From contig OZ237768.1 of the NCBI GenBank assembly GCA_965178125.1, forward strand, positions 310,001-374,000: DNA of 64,000 nt, read 5' to 3'. A program made the position numbers and the translations under genes. Positions 24,601 through 36,700 of the stretch are shown one piece after another. Source of the stretch: Bilabrum cf. latius. Lineage: Eukaryota. The notes under the pieces were generated by a model. The model searched no databases and was not told the origin of the DNA. It saw nothing but the letters and a program-made list of their open reading frames with translations. Each line of letters begins with the position of its first letter. Positions within the stretch are counted from its first letter, which is position 1.

Positions 24601-25731
24601 AGCGCGAGCCCAGTGACCACGGTGGCGGAGGATGATGGGAGGCACAGGCAGGGCTACGGGCAGGGGCGGGGACGCGGGGACCAGCACAGGGGGGCTGGGG
24701 GCAGCAGCGGCCTTCGAATTGCTGGCTCCGGCACCAGCGGTGGCGGTGGCGGTGACAGCAGGATAACCGGAGAGTCGCCCTCGTATGGACGGGGGTCGGC
24801 CCGCCGCATGGGATCGGATCAGCATGTATCGCAACCGTATGACGCCTTGGAATCGTCGCACGCATCCGCCACGTCGGGCCGCTCCGCCGCCAGTGCCAGC
24901 GATGTGGGCCAGCGCGTGAAGGAGTCCTTCGGCCCTGCCGCCACCCCCTCCAGAGTTAGGACGCCTAGGGGCAGGCCGGTGGAGGAGGGCGCCAGGGAGA
25001 GGATGGAGCACCCCGGAAGGTCGCTCGCAGCGCAGCTGGCTGCCGACACGGTCACACCCGCGAGGCGGCGCGGGAACTGGGATGATGGCGCTGGTGGACG
25101 GACCGTGCAGGGGACCGGCGCTGCACGCGATGGGGGATTGGGAGACGCGACTGGGTTTGGGCCACGGGACAGCGCGGGCAGCGGCATGGGCGCGAGCTTC
25201 GAGCGAGACGCAGAGGCCCTGGTCCCTCGATTGGGTGAGGGCAAGGGCGAGGGCCGGGGTGCGCATTCTGGGACCAATGCAGGTGCAGATGCAGATACAG
25301 GGGGCGGGGGCAATGGTGCCCGGGCTAGCGGCATCCTTGGACCAAGAGATGCTGGGGGTAGGGACGGCGGGGGCAGGGAGGATCCCTTGAGAAGGTCCGT
25401 TCGGTTTGAGGGGGAGGGAAAGGGAGAAGAGGAAGAGGAAGGGGAGTCAGGCATGGGCGTGTATAGGGGGGGTGCGTCTTCTTCGTCTTCTTCCTCTATG
25501 CGCAGGCCCACTTTGAGCACATCTGAGGCCAGGGTGCGCGATCGTGAGCTGTATCTGCACAATTCGGCAGGATAGGATGGTGGCGGTGGCGATGAACACG
25601 GGCGTGGTAGAGAGAACCTGATGGACGCTACCGGCAGCAGCCTGGACTTCAGTCGGACCAGCGAGGTGGAGGCTGGTCGTGGCCATGCAAGTGCCGCTGG
25701 ACAAAGCAGCGTGGCCCGGAGGTACGGGTGA
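21631..25731 (+). CDS. IQ-motif protein with long Gly/Ala/Ser-rich tail (~1366 aa); N-terminus loosely reminiscent of the IQCB1/NPHP5 C-terminal region
   Basis: Single frame with six TAGs (21655, 21772, 22117, 23878, 24568, 25573). AAASI[TAG]RAFRRK is an IQ motif. Ends TGA TAA CGA TAA at 25729. IQCB1 similarity is from memory and unverified. Confidence 0.75.
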
Positions 25732-26402
25732 TAACGATAAACGATGGCAGAGGACGTAGATCTATGCAGACCGTATAATTCATTTAATGTGTGTTTTTCT
25801 TTCTGCACCTAGTGTTCATCTTGGATTCAAAAAATCGTGACCCACAGATCCTGGATGGACTGATGAACACGCGCCGACCCGTATCGGCAATGCTATTCGG
25901 CATCCCATTAAAATCAGCTCTAGTCGTGCACCTCGAGCGGGCACGGGTATACTGCGCCCAACACGCGAATTCAAACTTCGAGAGCGTGTTGGCTTCACCA
26001 ACGATTTTGCACGAGTGCGGTCAGCCTCCACCTCCGAGTCATTGGACCGGTTGAGGTTCAGGCTGCTGCCGCCGGCGGTGGCATCAATCAGGCACTAAGA
26101 TCCTTACGACGCATTGCACGCAGCACCCTGACCAGACAGTCACACATATGAGACAATTGGTTCCTTCAAGTGCAAACCACAACGTTGGCATATGTAGGAT
26201 CTCGCGTGCACTACCCCTTGGCACTCGATTGCCGCTCATCATCAATTCTGACAGGATTACTTACTCGAGTCAAAGATGCGATCCGATCCTGGCGTTTTGT
26301 CCTCCCTGACCGCACATGCGCTACAAGTGGGCCTGAGTACTGGAGGGTAAACAGTGCTAAGCACCAATGCACGATCCGATGTGTGGATACCGTATCATCA
26401 GA

Positions 26403-29400
26403 TCATACCAAAGCCACTGTAGCTTGCAGCGCACCCATCATACCATACAACGCAACCACAGGCCACAGAACCGCAACACGATCGCGGTGCATATCCGCGT
26501 ACAACCTCCTACTCTGCTGCTACACAGTCTCTGAATAGCCACTTGGATCTGCTTCGTACCCAGATCCATGCCCCGTCGCCCACACCGGCACATCCATCAT
26601 AGACCCTAACAAGAACACCACCACAAGCACCGCACGCAAGCAAGCCACAGCCACGCGCAGCAAGCGGCTCCTGGCCTCCACCACGGACCGGCGGTACATG
26701 CCCACCGCCAGCACCCGCTCTGCCCTCGACAGCCCCACGCCGCGCAACCGAGCAAGCACTAACGGGCCCAGGTCGGCCTCCAGGCATCCGCACGACAGCA
26801 CGCACCGGCACAGCGCGCATGCATGGGGCCCGGAGCAGGATCCTTGCGAGTCGCAGCATAGGCACCATGGGCTCGCGTGATCGTCCTGCATGCCCCTGGT
26901 CCGCATGCCTGCGCGCGTTCCCTTGTACAGCTTGCCGTCGATCACGTCAGGTGGAGGCACACTGCATGTGCACGGCCCGGGAACGAAGTGACGAGCCTTG
27001 ATGTCTAGGCGCTGAGCAGCTGCCATGACTTTCGGCTCGCCCTGGGGCGGCATAGACATCCACTGGTGCCCTAGTCTAGGTGCGCTTGAAGCCAAGAATC
27101 CTTTATTAGGGGGCTGCCATTGCGCCCGAGACTCGTCAGAGTAGTGCACCCTGGGCAGCATTCGTGGACCACCCGTGGCCCGGCCTGACCTGGCATCATT
27201 TGCTCGGTTGATCCGGAGGGAGCTGTTGTGCGCGAAGCCAACGGAGGGTCGAGTGGTCGTGGAGCATTCACTGGACAGCAGCTTGGCGGTCGGGTGCGGT
27301 CGCTCGGCACCGCGCGGTGGCTCGGGCGGGCCATGGTCATCACCAACCGTGCCGTTGTCGTAAATTGAGTCCATGGTGCCGCCGTCCTCAGCAAGCGAGG
27401 AGGGACCAAGAGACCGCAATGGGTTAAAGCCCAGTACTCCGACGGCATGACCCGACTCTATGCTCGTGCTGCGAGACCCGAGGCCGTGCTTGGCAGTGGC
27501 TAGTGCTCGGCGCGCTACATGGCCAGCTCTACCTGGCTTGATCGGCACATCAACCAGCTCAACGCTTTCCCTTGCATCGTTCTCTGTCTCGAGCTCCTCG
27601 AGCGATTCAGCGGCAGCGTCTTCGGACAATGCAAGCTATGCACTTTCGGAAGTATGCCGGGAAACAGGCACTGTACTGCCTATCCCAAGCACTGCATTGT
27701 TGGGGCTCTGCAGGCTACCTTGGTGTGACTCAGACTACAAATGCTGCACCAGCTCAGTGGGCAGCCCTTCCCCTGGCACAGCATCACTAGTTGCGGCTGG
27801 CAGCAACTCATGTGGTCTGACAGCTCGGTGTATTTCCAACTTATGTATTACAACAGGCTGCTGCTCCTAGTCCATGATCGTCACATCTCCCAGTCGCACC
27901 TCCTCCGCCTCTGCTTCAGCATGCTCGTCGAACCCCGTCCCATTGGTACTGGAATTGTGGTCGGCGCTGCGCAGCGTGCTATCGTCGGTTGTGGCCATCT
28001 CGCTTGTGCCAGTGACTTCAAAGGCAGCTAGTCTGTTACCTGGACGGCTTGTGCTCGATTCTATGCATGCCAGCGGCATGGTCGGCACACGCCTTAGATT
28101 TGGCACAGGCGGTGTGAGTACTTGGTGGGGCGGCACACCAGTCACGGCCGTGCTCCGAGTCTCGGATGCTGTCTTTGAAGCATTGGCTGTATTTGCGTGT
28201 GTCTGCTTGATCTCATCGTCCAATGCCGGCGATTGTCTCTCCGATGAAGGGCTGGACGAATCCGCGAACTCGTCGACACTACCGGTACGCTGGTCGGGTC
28301 TAGATCTCGTACCGCCGCTACCGCTGGCTGACTGACTCGGCGAGTATGCATGACCACTGGTGGACTGGCCTTTCAACGATTCGGACATGCACGCACACAC
28401 GCCCTGCTGCCACCGGTCCACGTCATCTCCCCACCCCACTTCGCCCTCTGAAGCTGCTCCATCGCTACCCGTGCACACGCTGCAGCAATCGAAACAGCAG
28501 ATCGACCGCCAGCACCCTCGCGACACGCCGCCCTGCATGGCGAGATATCCCGACGGATCGCACGCAAACAGACTCGCTACGGTGCCCCACGTCGCGTTCG
28601 TCCTCAGCAGCTCCTGGCCCTCGCCCACCCGCAGTCGGGACGGACCCGCCTGCCCGATCGAGATCGACATGCCCAGCTCCTGAGCCGCTAAGCAGTCCAA
28701 CGGGTCGGACAGATCCACGGGCCTGCGAAACTGAGTAGCCACGCTGCTACTACTGTGCCGGCTCCTTGCGGCCAGACTCGCCCCATCGGAATCGATCATG
28801 CTCTCTGCAAGATCCAGGGCTGTGGTGTGCCTCGATCGACAGCAGCCCCTGCAGCAGAGGCACCATGCAGGCAAGCACATGGGCTCAAATGGACACATGC
28901 CCACCAGAATACCCATCGTGCGGTACCGTCGTAGCGCCTGCATCCTCCCTGCAGCACGCTACCTGCCATGGCCAGTCCGCACGGCCTGCGAGTGCACGCT
29001 CTCCTCCTGTGCGGACTCAGTTGCGCTCGAGCCCCCAACGGCGGCATGCAGGTCGTGCACAAGGGACGAATCGCGAGCAGGGCCAACGGCTGACGATGAC
29101 AGCTCAAACCGAGGAGTCTTTGCCGCAATCCTGCTCGTAGTGGTAGGACCAAGGTGCTGGTGCCCAGAGTCATCCTCAATCCCGGTGCCGCCTGCAATGA
29201 ATTCATCTCCGTCCTCCATGCGATCCCACCCGTTGTTGCTCGCAGGCTCGTCTCGGTTTGGGAACGTCCCGACATCGGCTGGCAGCACCCGGCACAGCAC
29301 CACCATCACACCAAGCACAGCCTCCAGCAGCACGCAGCTCCAAGCCAGCCATCCAGCGATGCTGCGGTCGGCTTGTCCAATGGACATTGACACAGCAAAT

Positions 29401-32400
29401 GCCGCAATCACCAGATCGCATGCGACCAGCACAGCGGATAGCGCAGGGCCCATCACATCGCGTATCGAGGTGCATGCGATACGGCCCAGGTCGGACAGAC
29501 ACAGCCTGCACAGTGTCGACCGGGCCACGGACTCGTCGAGCCAATACACCAGAAGTGCCATCCCTGCACCCCTGTCACTACCATCACCTGCATCACCCGC
29601 CAATCTGCCTCTATGATCCGACACCAGCTCGAAAGCAGTGTATCCTGCAACCCTCATTCCGAAGCAGCAGCTCAAAGCAGCGACCAGCACACCCGCACAC
29701 AGCAACGATTGGGCAATGATAGCTTCAATAGAAAGACACCTGTGGAAGGGATCGTCCCCAGTGGCGAACAAATGCGACGCAACTGCATCTGCGTTACCGC
29801 TGTATTCTGTACTATGGGCGCGATGCCCCCACCCGAACGGGCACTGCTGCTCCAACCGAACGGAGACACCAGCATGCGAGGCCAGGGGCAGGTAGTTCCC
29901 CACGAGCGTGGCCTCAGCTCTAGTGCTCCCGGCGTACAGGTTTCTCAGCAGCGATCGTGCCATGGTTCTGGTCGACAAAGAGGCTGGCAAGGGAGCAGAT
30001 GCAAGACCGTCATTGCCCTGCGGTTGAAGCTCATCGCGCTGAAATGATATGCGCAACCTGACAGACGGCGGTGTCTGTGAAACAGACAGCCCCCTGCTAG
30101 ATTCCGCTGATCCAGACTTTTCATTGCGACCTAATGCCACTGCGACTCCTGCAGCCTTCAGCACGCAGTCATGCGCCGTGTGAATCCCTGCCTGCACTCC
30201 GAGGCGGGAGCGCAGTCGAGACCGGAGCGAGGAAAGCGGGAGGGGCCATCCATGCCGGTGCGAGCACGACACATTCATGCGATGCAACTGGGTGCGCAAG
30301 ACATCGTCAGTATCTGGCCTGGGCTCGAGAGCTGCGAGACTGCCGTCTCTTGGCTCGCCCACCTGCTCCCATGCCAACCCGATCCAGCTGTGGTCCAGGG
30401 ATCGCTCGTGGCTTGCAGAGGACTCACGCTCCGTATTCAATGCGACAAAAGTGGACCACGCTTCGTCTGCGTCCTTCGCACACGCCAGGTCCCTCTCATC
30501 CAGCGCTGCAGCACACAGGGCCTGCAGGTGCACCAGCGGAGGAGCAACGCCTCTGCCTGCACCCAGGATCCTGCACTGTTTCCGAGCGTGGCTTATGTTT
30601 GCTTCCATGATTCCGTTCTGCCCATCTACGCCCACAGCTGGTCCGACCTCCTGCGCATCAATCTCGCCTGCAAGCACCACAGTGCTGGCTCGAGCTACCG
30701 CGGCCACACCGAGCTCATCGGGCAGCAATCCTACAGGACTAGCACGAACGTCTGAAGCTGATGACCCGCCTGCGCCTTTTGCTGGCAGCATACGCACGTA
30801 GATCAGCTCAGAATATCGATCGGAGAGTGGACCGGATCCAGGCATGCCCAGGGCAGACAATACCTCCTGCTTGATGTCAACCTCAAGCAGCTGGGCAAGG
30901 TCTTCGTTCGTGTACCACTGCAGGCTCACCCCGGGTATGGACACATCCAGGTGCAGTGACTCAAGGCCCGATATGAACCCCACTCCACCCCTGGATGTTC
31001 CTCCAGCGAGCCACGTGTGACTTTGCCTGTGCAGCGATGCATCCACCGCGCGGCATTGCAAGGTATCCCCGGTCCACACGCGTTTGATAGCCTGTACGTC
31101 GGAGCCTTGCTGGCTCGGCTCCAACCACAACCTCACAGGGGCGTTCCAGAACCTGCTCCAATACCTGGTGGTGGAGGCGTTCACGCCACTGCGGTCATCT
31201 ACGGTGGACCGCGGGTCATTGCACACAGCCAAGCACTGAGGGGCCAAAGACAACGGGGCGAATGCACTGGTCTCGCTGCAGATCCACCTACCCCGTCGGA
31301 CCCGAGGCAGCCCGTTTGGCACCACATTACCGTGGAGGTCCTTGACAGCGAGATCCAGCCTCAGCCTGTGCGGCATGTACTGCCTCTAGAATGCCGCGTG
31401 CTGCACAAGAGCAGCAGGCATGGAGGGTGGCACCATTGTGGCGAGGTCCGCAGCATTCGTGTCGGCCGTCGATTGGAACCCACCCATGGCAAGGCCGATA
31501 GACGAGTTTGCATATATCACGTTGCCGCTGTACATGACATCCAATCCTACCAATACTACTGCCTCGAAAGTCGCATTACTGCCCAACTGACCGTTAGTCA
31601 TACCAGACCTACCAGCTGTCTTGTTGAAGCCATCCCACTTGTAGGGCATTGCAATATTGTTATGGATGTATGGGCCATAAAACGCACACTTCAAGAACGC
31701 ACCATCACCAGCGGACGTGTAGCCAGGTCCAACGAGGCTTGAATTCGAGTCGATCGAGGTGATCTGCATCATGGTCTGATTGCACCTCGAGGTGTCGGTC
31801 ACTCTGATCGCATCCGATGTGAAGGATGATGCCGTCACCATGTAATGCCACCGGTTCATGATGGAGTTGCTGGCGAACAGTGCATTGGGGTCCACACAGG
31901 TGCAGCCGCGCATGGTGTGGAAGCACACAACCTGGTCGCCTGAATCCTGCGGGGCAGGGCACGGGCTGGTCGCAAACTCGCTAGGAGGATGTCCGGGTGC
32001 CACCGGAGCGACAAGACGATCCAGTGACCGAGTACCTTTTTGCCTCGCTGCAGATCCATCGGTATTGCGCCCGCTCATAGCGACGACCGCTTCGTACGAA
32101 ATAGTCTGCCGCAGTTGCTGCGTCATCGGATCTGCAGTGGAGTTCACCTCGGTCACATGTGCACCGTTATTGCGTCCGAGCCACACGATTGAGCCTCCCT
32201 CATGTTCTGTCAAACGGCCCAATAGTGGCATTTCTGCCTCATCTAGGTGACCCGCGGCGCTAGGAATGCGATCAGCTTCAGGGTTGACATCAAGATCAAG
32301 AGTCGCATCCCACAGCCCGGTGGCACTACCTTGCGCGCTGCCGGCCCCCAAGGGCGGCGTTGAGTTGCTCTGGAAGCAGTCCGTCACGCATTGCATGCTG

Positions 32401-33432
32401 GCAGGACCCATCGATGCACCCGAAACACCCCTCTATCGCGCAGCCACCATGCCCCACGTCAGGTACCACACCCGCGGCTGGAACCGTTTCTCCGCCGGGT
32501 GGAACTTGTCGTACTGAAACGTAGGCCAGGACACGTACCATATCCCCCCCTCGGGTGGCAACAGGGCCGTGGGCATGAACTTCACCTCCATAGTGAGTCC
32601 GGGCCCGCCCGTCGGTCGCTCAATCGTCACACCGTGGTGCCGACCCAGCTCACACCTGACCTGCTTCGCAAGCATGGGCCTGGGCCTCCAGTTGATCTCG
32701 ACAGGAGGAGCCATGTGCAGAGACTCTCCCGTGCTCTGGCTTGATGCCAGTCCATACTTCGCATCGGGGGCGGGCTTGCTTACACTGACATTGTCGCTGT
32801 GCCAGGCGTGCTGTCGCTGTGGTGTTGCTGCATCAATGCAGCCGGTGAAGCGGGATGGCAGCAGGCCTGGTTTGCACAGTCCAGCACCGCCACCAGAGAG
32901 CAACGATGGGATTCCTTCGTATACTGGACTAGAATGGCTGCCGGGAGTGCTTCCGCTGTACACACCCGAAGCGAGCATCGACCGAGAGGCGTCCTTCCAA
33001 CGAGGATTGCTCCGTGGCAGCTGGTAGGCGTACAGTACCTCATTGTGTCGTGCACGTGGTTTTCTAGATCCACTTCCTGTCAAAATGATCGGGTACACCG
33101 GATCTGCGAGGCGAAAAGGCAAGGCATGGAAAGTGCGCTGCGTGTCTGCTATTGGCCCGGTTTTGCTGAGGTCCACCGACAGTTTAGCTTACAGCCTTGT
33201 GGTTCGCTCCCAGCGAGGTCCTGCCCCGATACTATAATCGATTCATTCGTCACGTCCAACTATAGGGAGATATGCTCCGGGAGATTGAGCTGCAAGAAGA
33301 ACTTGAAATTGCACTAGACCAAACCGAACCACTTTTCATAATGGCGTCAGCTCAAGTATGGTGCTGTAAGGCTGCGATGCTCACACATGTACTTCGCCAA
33401 ATAAGTGAAGCGATTAGAAACGTACATATCAT
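26403..33432 (-). CDS. Large Cys-rich multi-pass membrane protein with signal peptide, left copy; exons 33432-33385, 33289-33193, 33103-26403
   Basis: MICTFLIASLIWRSTC|GTGAG start. Same-frame ORFs joined by about 8 TAGs. Hydrophobic segments such as AIIAQSLLCAGVLVAALSCCFGM and LAWSCVLLEAVLGVMVVLC. TGA at 26403-26405 could instead be part of a GTATGA donor. Confidence 0.75.
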
Positions 33433-33564
33433 GGTAAACTCTATGGAAAGGTGATTTCTAGAGGGTATCGGGAGATGACGAATGAAACTGGCCTAGCAAT
33501 CAGTCACTTTGGTGGCAGTCCTCGGATTGTCTCTGGTATTGAATTGCGTGCGAAAACTCTATTT

Positions 33565-33580
33565 TCTCTCTCTCTCTCTC
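33565..33580 (+). repeat. (TC)n microsatellite in the palindrome spacer
   Basis: TCTCTCTCTCTCTCTC run. Confidence 0.85.
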
Positions 33581-33753
33581 AGTCAAGCAAATCTCAATTT
33601 TAGAACAATCGTTACACCCAATCAAGCCTATAGAGAAGCTTATTAACTAATAATCCAGCGAACCTCAATCCACAGCTGGACTGACGAATACGTGCCGCGG
33701 CCGAAGGTTCGACACATACACAACCAGACTAGATGTAGTCTGCACAGTATACA

Positions 33754-36700
33754 ATGTACGGTTACACGATTTTTGTCGCTTCACTTATTTGGCGAAGTAC
33801 ATGTGTGAGCATCGCAGCCTTATAGCACCATACTTGAGCTGACGCCATTATGAAAAGTGGTTCGGTTTGGTCCAGTGCAATTTCAGTTCTTCTTGCAGCT
33901 CGATCTCCCGGAGCATATCTCCCTATAGTTGGACGTGACGAATGAATCGATTATAGTATCGGGGCAGGACCTCGCTGGGAGCGAACCACAAGGCTGTAAG
34001 CTAAACTGTCGGTGGACCTCAGCAAAACCGGGCCAATAGCAGACACGCAGCGCACTTTCCATGCCTTGCCTTTTCGCCTCGCAGATCCGGTGTACCCGAT
34101 CATTTTGACAGGAAGTGGATCTAGAAAACCACGTGCACGACACAATGAGGTACTGTACGCCTACCAGCTGCCACGGAGCAATCCTCGTTGGAAGGACGCC
34201 TCTCGGTCGATGCTCGCTTCGGGTGTGTACAGCGGAAGCACTCCCGGCAGCCATTCTAGTCCAGTATACGAAGGAATCCCATCGTTGCTCTCTGGTGGCG
34301 GTGCTGGACTGTGCAAACCAGGCCTGCTGCCATCGCGCTTCACCGGCTGCATTGATGCAGCAACACCACAGCGACAGCACGCCTGGCACAGCGACAATGT
34401 CAGTGTAAGCAAGCCCGCCCCCGATGCGAAGTATGGACTGGCATCAAGCTAGAGCACGGGAGAGTCTCTGCACATGGCTCCTCCTGTCGAGATCAACTGG
34501 AGGCCCAGGCCCATGCTTGCGAAGCAGGTCAGGTGTGAGCTGGGTCGGCACCACGGTGTGACGATTGAGCGACCGACGGGCGGGCCCGGACTCACTATGG
34601 AGGTGAAGTTCATGCCCACGGCCCTGTTGCCACCCGAGGGGGGGATATGGTACGTGTCCTGGCCTACGTTTCAGTACGACAAGTTCCACCCGGCGGAGAA
34701 ACGGTTCCAGCCGCGGGTGTGGTACCTGACGTGGGGCATGGTGGCTGCGCGATAGAGGGGTGTTTCGGGTGCATCGATGGGTCCTGCCAGCATGCAATGC
34801 GTGACGGACTGCTTCCAGAGCAACTCAACGCCACCCTTGCGGGCCGGCAGCGCGCAGGAAAGAGCTGTCGCACGTTGGAATCAAGAGGATCCCACGGGTG
34901 CTCATGCTCGCTCGCCTCGATCTAGCAACAGTGCAATAACCTTTGTGGCGCTGGGGAAGTCACAACTATTATTAAACGGTACAAAAATAAACGGTGGCAT
35001 GCAGATGATGGGCGAGCAAGCTCGCACGTATCTGCCATCTCCGGTGGACCCAATGACGCAACAGATGCGGCAGACTATTTCGTACGAAGCGGTCGTCGCT
35101 ATGAGCGGGCGCAATACCGACGGATCTGAAGCGAGGCAAAAAGGTACTCGGTCACTGGATCACCTCGCAGCACAGGTGGCACCCGGACATCCTCCTAGCG
35201 AGTTTGCGACCAGCCCGTGCCCTGCCCCGCAGGATTCAGGCGACCAGGTAGTGTGCTTCCACACCATGCGCGGCTGCACCTGTGTGGACCCCAATGCACT
35301 GTTCGCCAGCAACTCTATCATGAACCGGTGGCATTACATGGTGACGGCATCATCCTTCACATCGGATGCGATCAGAGTGACCGACACCTCGAGGTGCAAC
35401 CAGACCATGATGCAGATCACCTCGATCGACTCGAATTCAAGCCTCGTTGGACCGGGCAAAACATCCGCTGGTGATGGTGCATTTTACAAATGTGCATTTT
35501 ATAGCCCATACAGCCGTGGGAGTACCGATCTACCGTTCGCGTGGGATGGCTTCAACAAGACAGCTGGTAGGTCTGGTATGACTAACGGTCAGTTGGGCAG
35601 GAATGCGACTTTCGAGGCAGTGGTTTGGGTTGGAAAAGATACCATGTACAGCGGCAACGTGATGTATGCAAACTCGTCTATCGGCCTTGCCATGGGTGGG
35701 TTCCAATCGACGGCCGACACGAATGCTGCGGACCTCGCCACAATGGTGCCACCCTCCATGCCTGCTGCTCTTGTGCAGCACGCGGCATTCTAGAGGCAGT
35801 ACATGCCGCACAGGCTGAGGCTGGATCTCGCTGTCAAGGACCTCCACGGTAATGTGGTGCCAAACGGGCTGCCTCGGGTCCGAGGGGGTAGGTGGATCTG
35901 CAGCGAGACCAGTGCATTCGCCCCGTTGTCTCTGGCCCCTCAGTGCTTGGCTGTGTGCAATGACCCGCGGTCCATTGTAGATGACCGCAGCGGCGTGAAC
36001 GCCTCCACCACCAGGTATTGGAGCAGGTTCTGGAACGCCCCTGTGAGGTTGTGGTTGGAGCCGAGCCAGCAAGGCTCCGATGTACCGGCCATCAAACGCG
36101 TGTGGACCGGGGATACCTTGCAATGCCGCGCGGTGGATGCATCGCTGCACAGGCAAAGTCACACGTGGCTCGCTGGAGGAACATCCAGGGGTGGAGTGGG
36201 GTTCATGTCGGGCCTTGAGTCACTGCACCTGGATGTGTCCATACCCGGGGTGAGCCTGCAGTGGTACACGAACGAAGACCTTGCCCAGCTGCTTGAGGTT
36301 GACATCAAGCAGGAGGTATTGTCTGCCCTGGGCATGCCTGGATCCGGTCCACTCTCCGATCGATATTCTGAGCTGATCTACGTGCGTATGATGCCTGCAG
36401 AAGGCGCAGGCGGGTCATCTACTTCAGACTTTCGTGCTAGTCCTGTAGGATTGCTGCCCGATGAGCTCGGTGTGGCCGCGGTAGCTCGAGCCAGCACTGT
36501 GGTGCTTGCAGGCGAGATTGATGCGCAGGAGATCGGACCAGCTGTGGGCGCAGATGGGCAGAACGGAATCATGGAAGCAAACATAAGCCACGCTCGGAAA
36601 CAGAGCAGGATCCTGGGTGCAGGCAGAGGCGTTGCTCCTCCGCTGGTGCATCTGCAGGCCTTGTGTGCTGCAGCGCTGGATGAGAGGGACCTGTCGTGTG

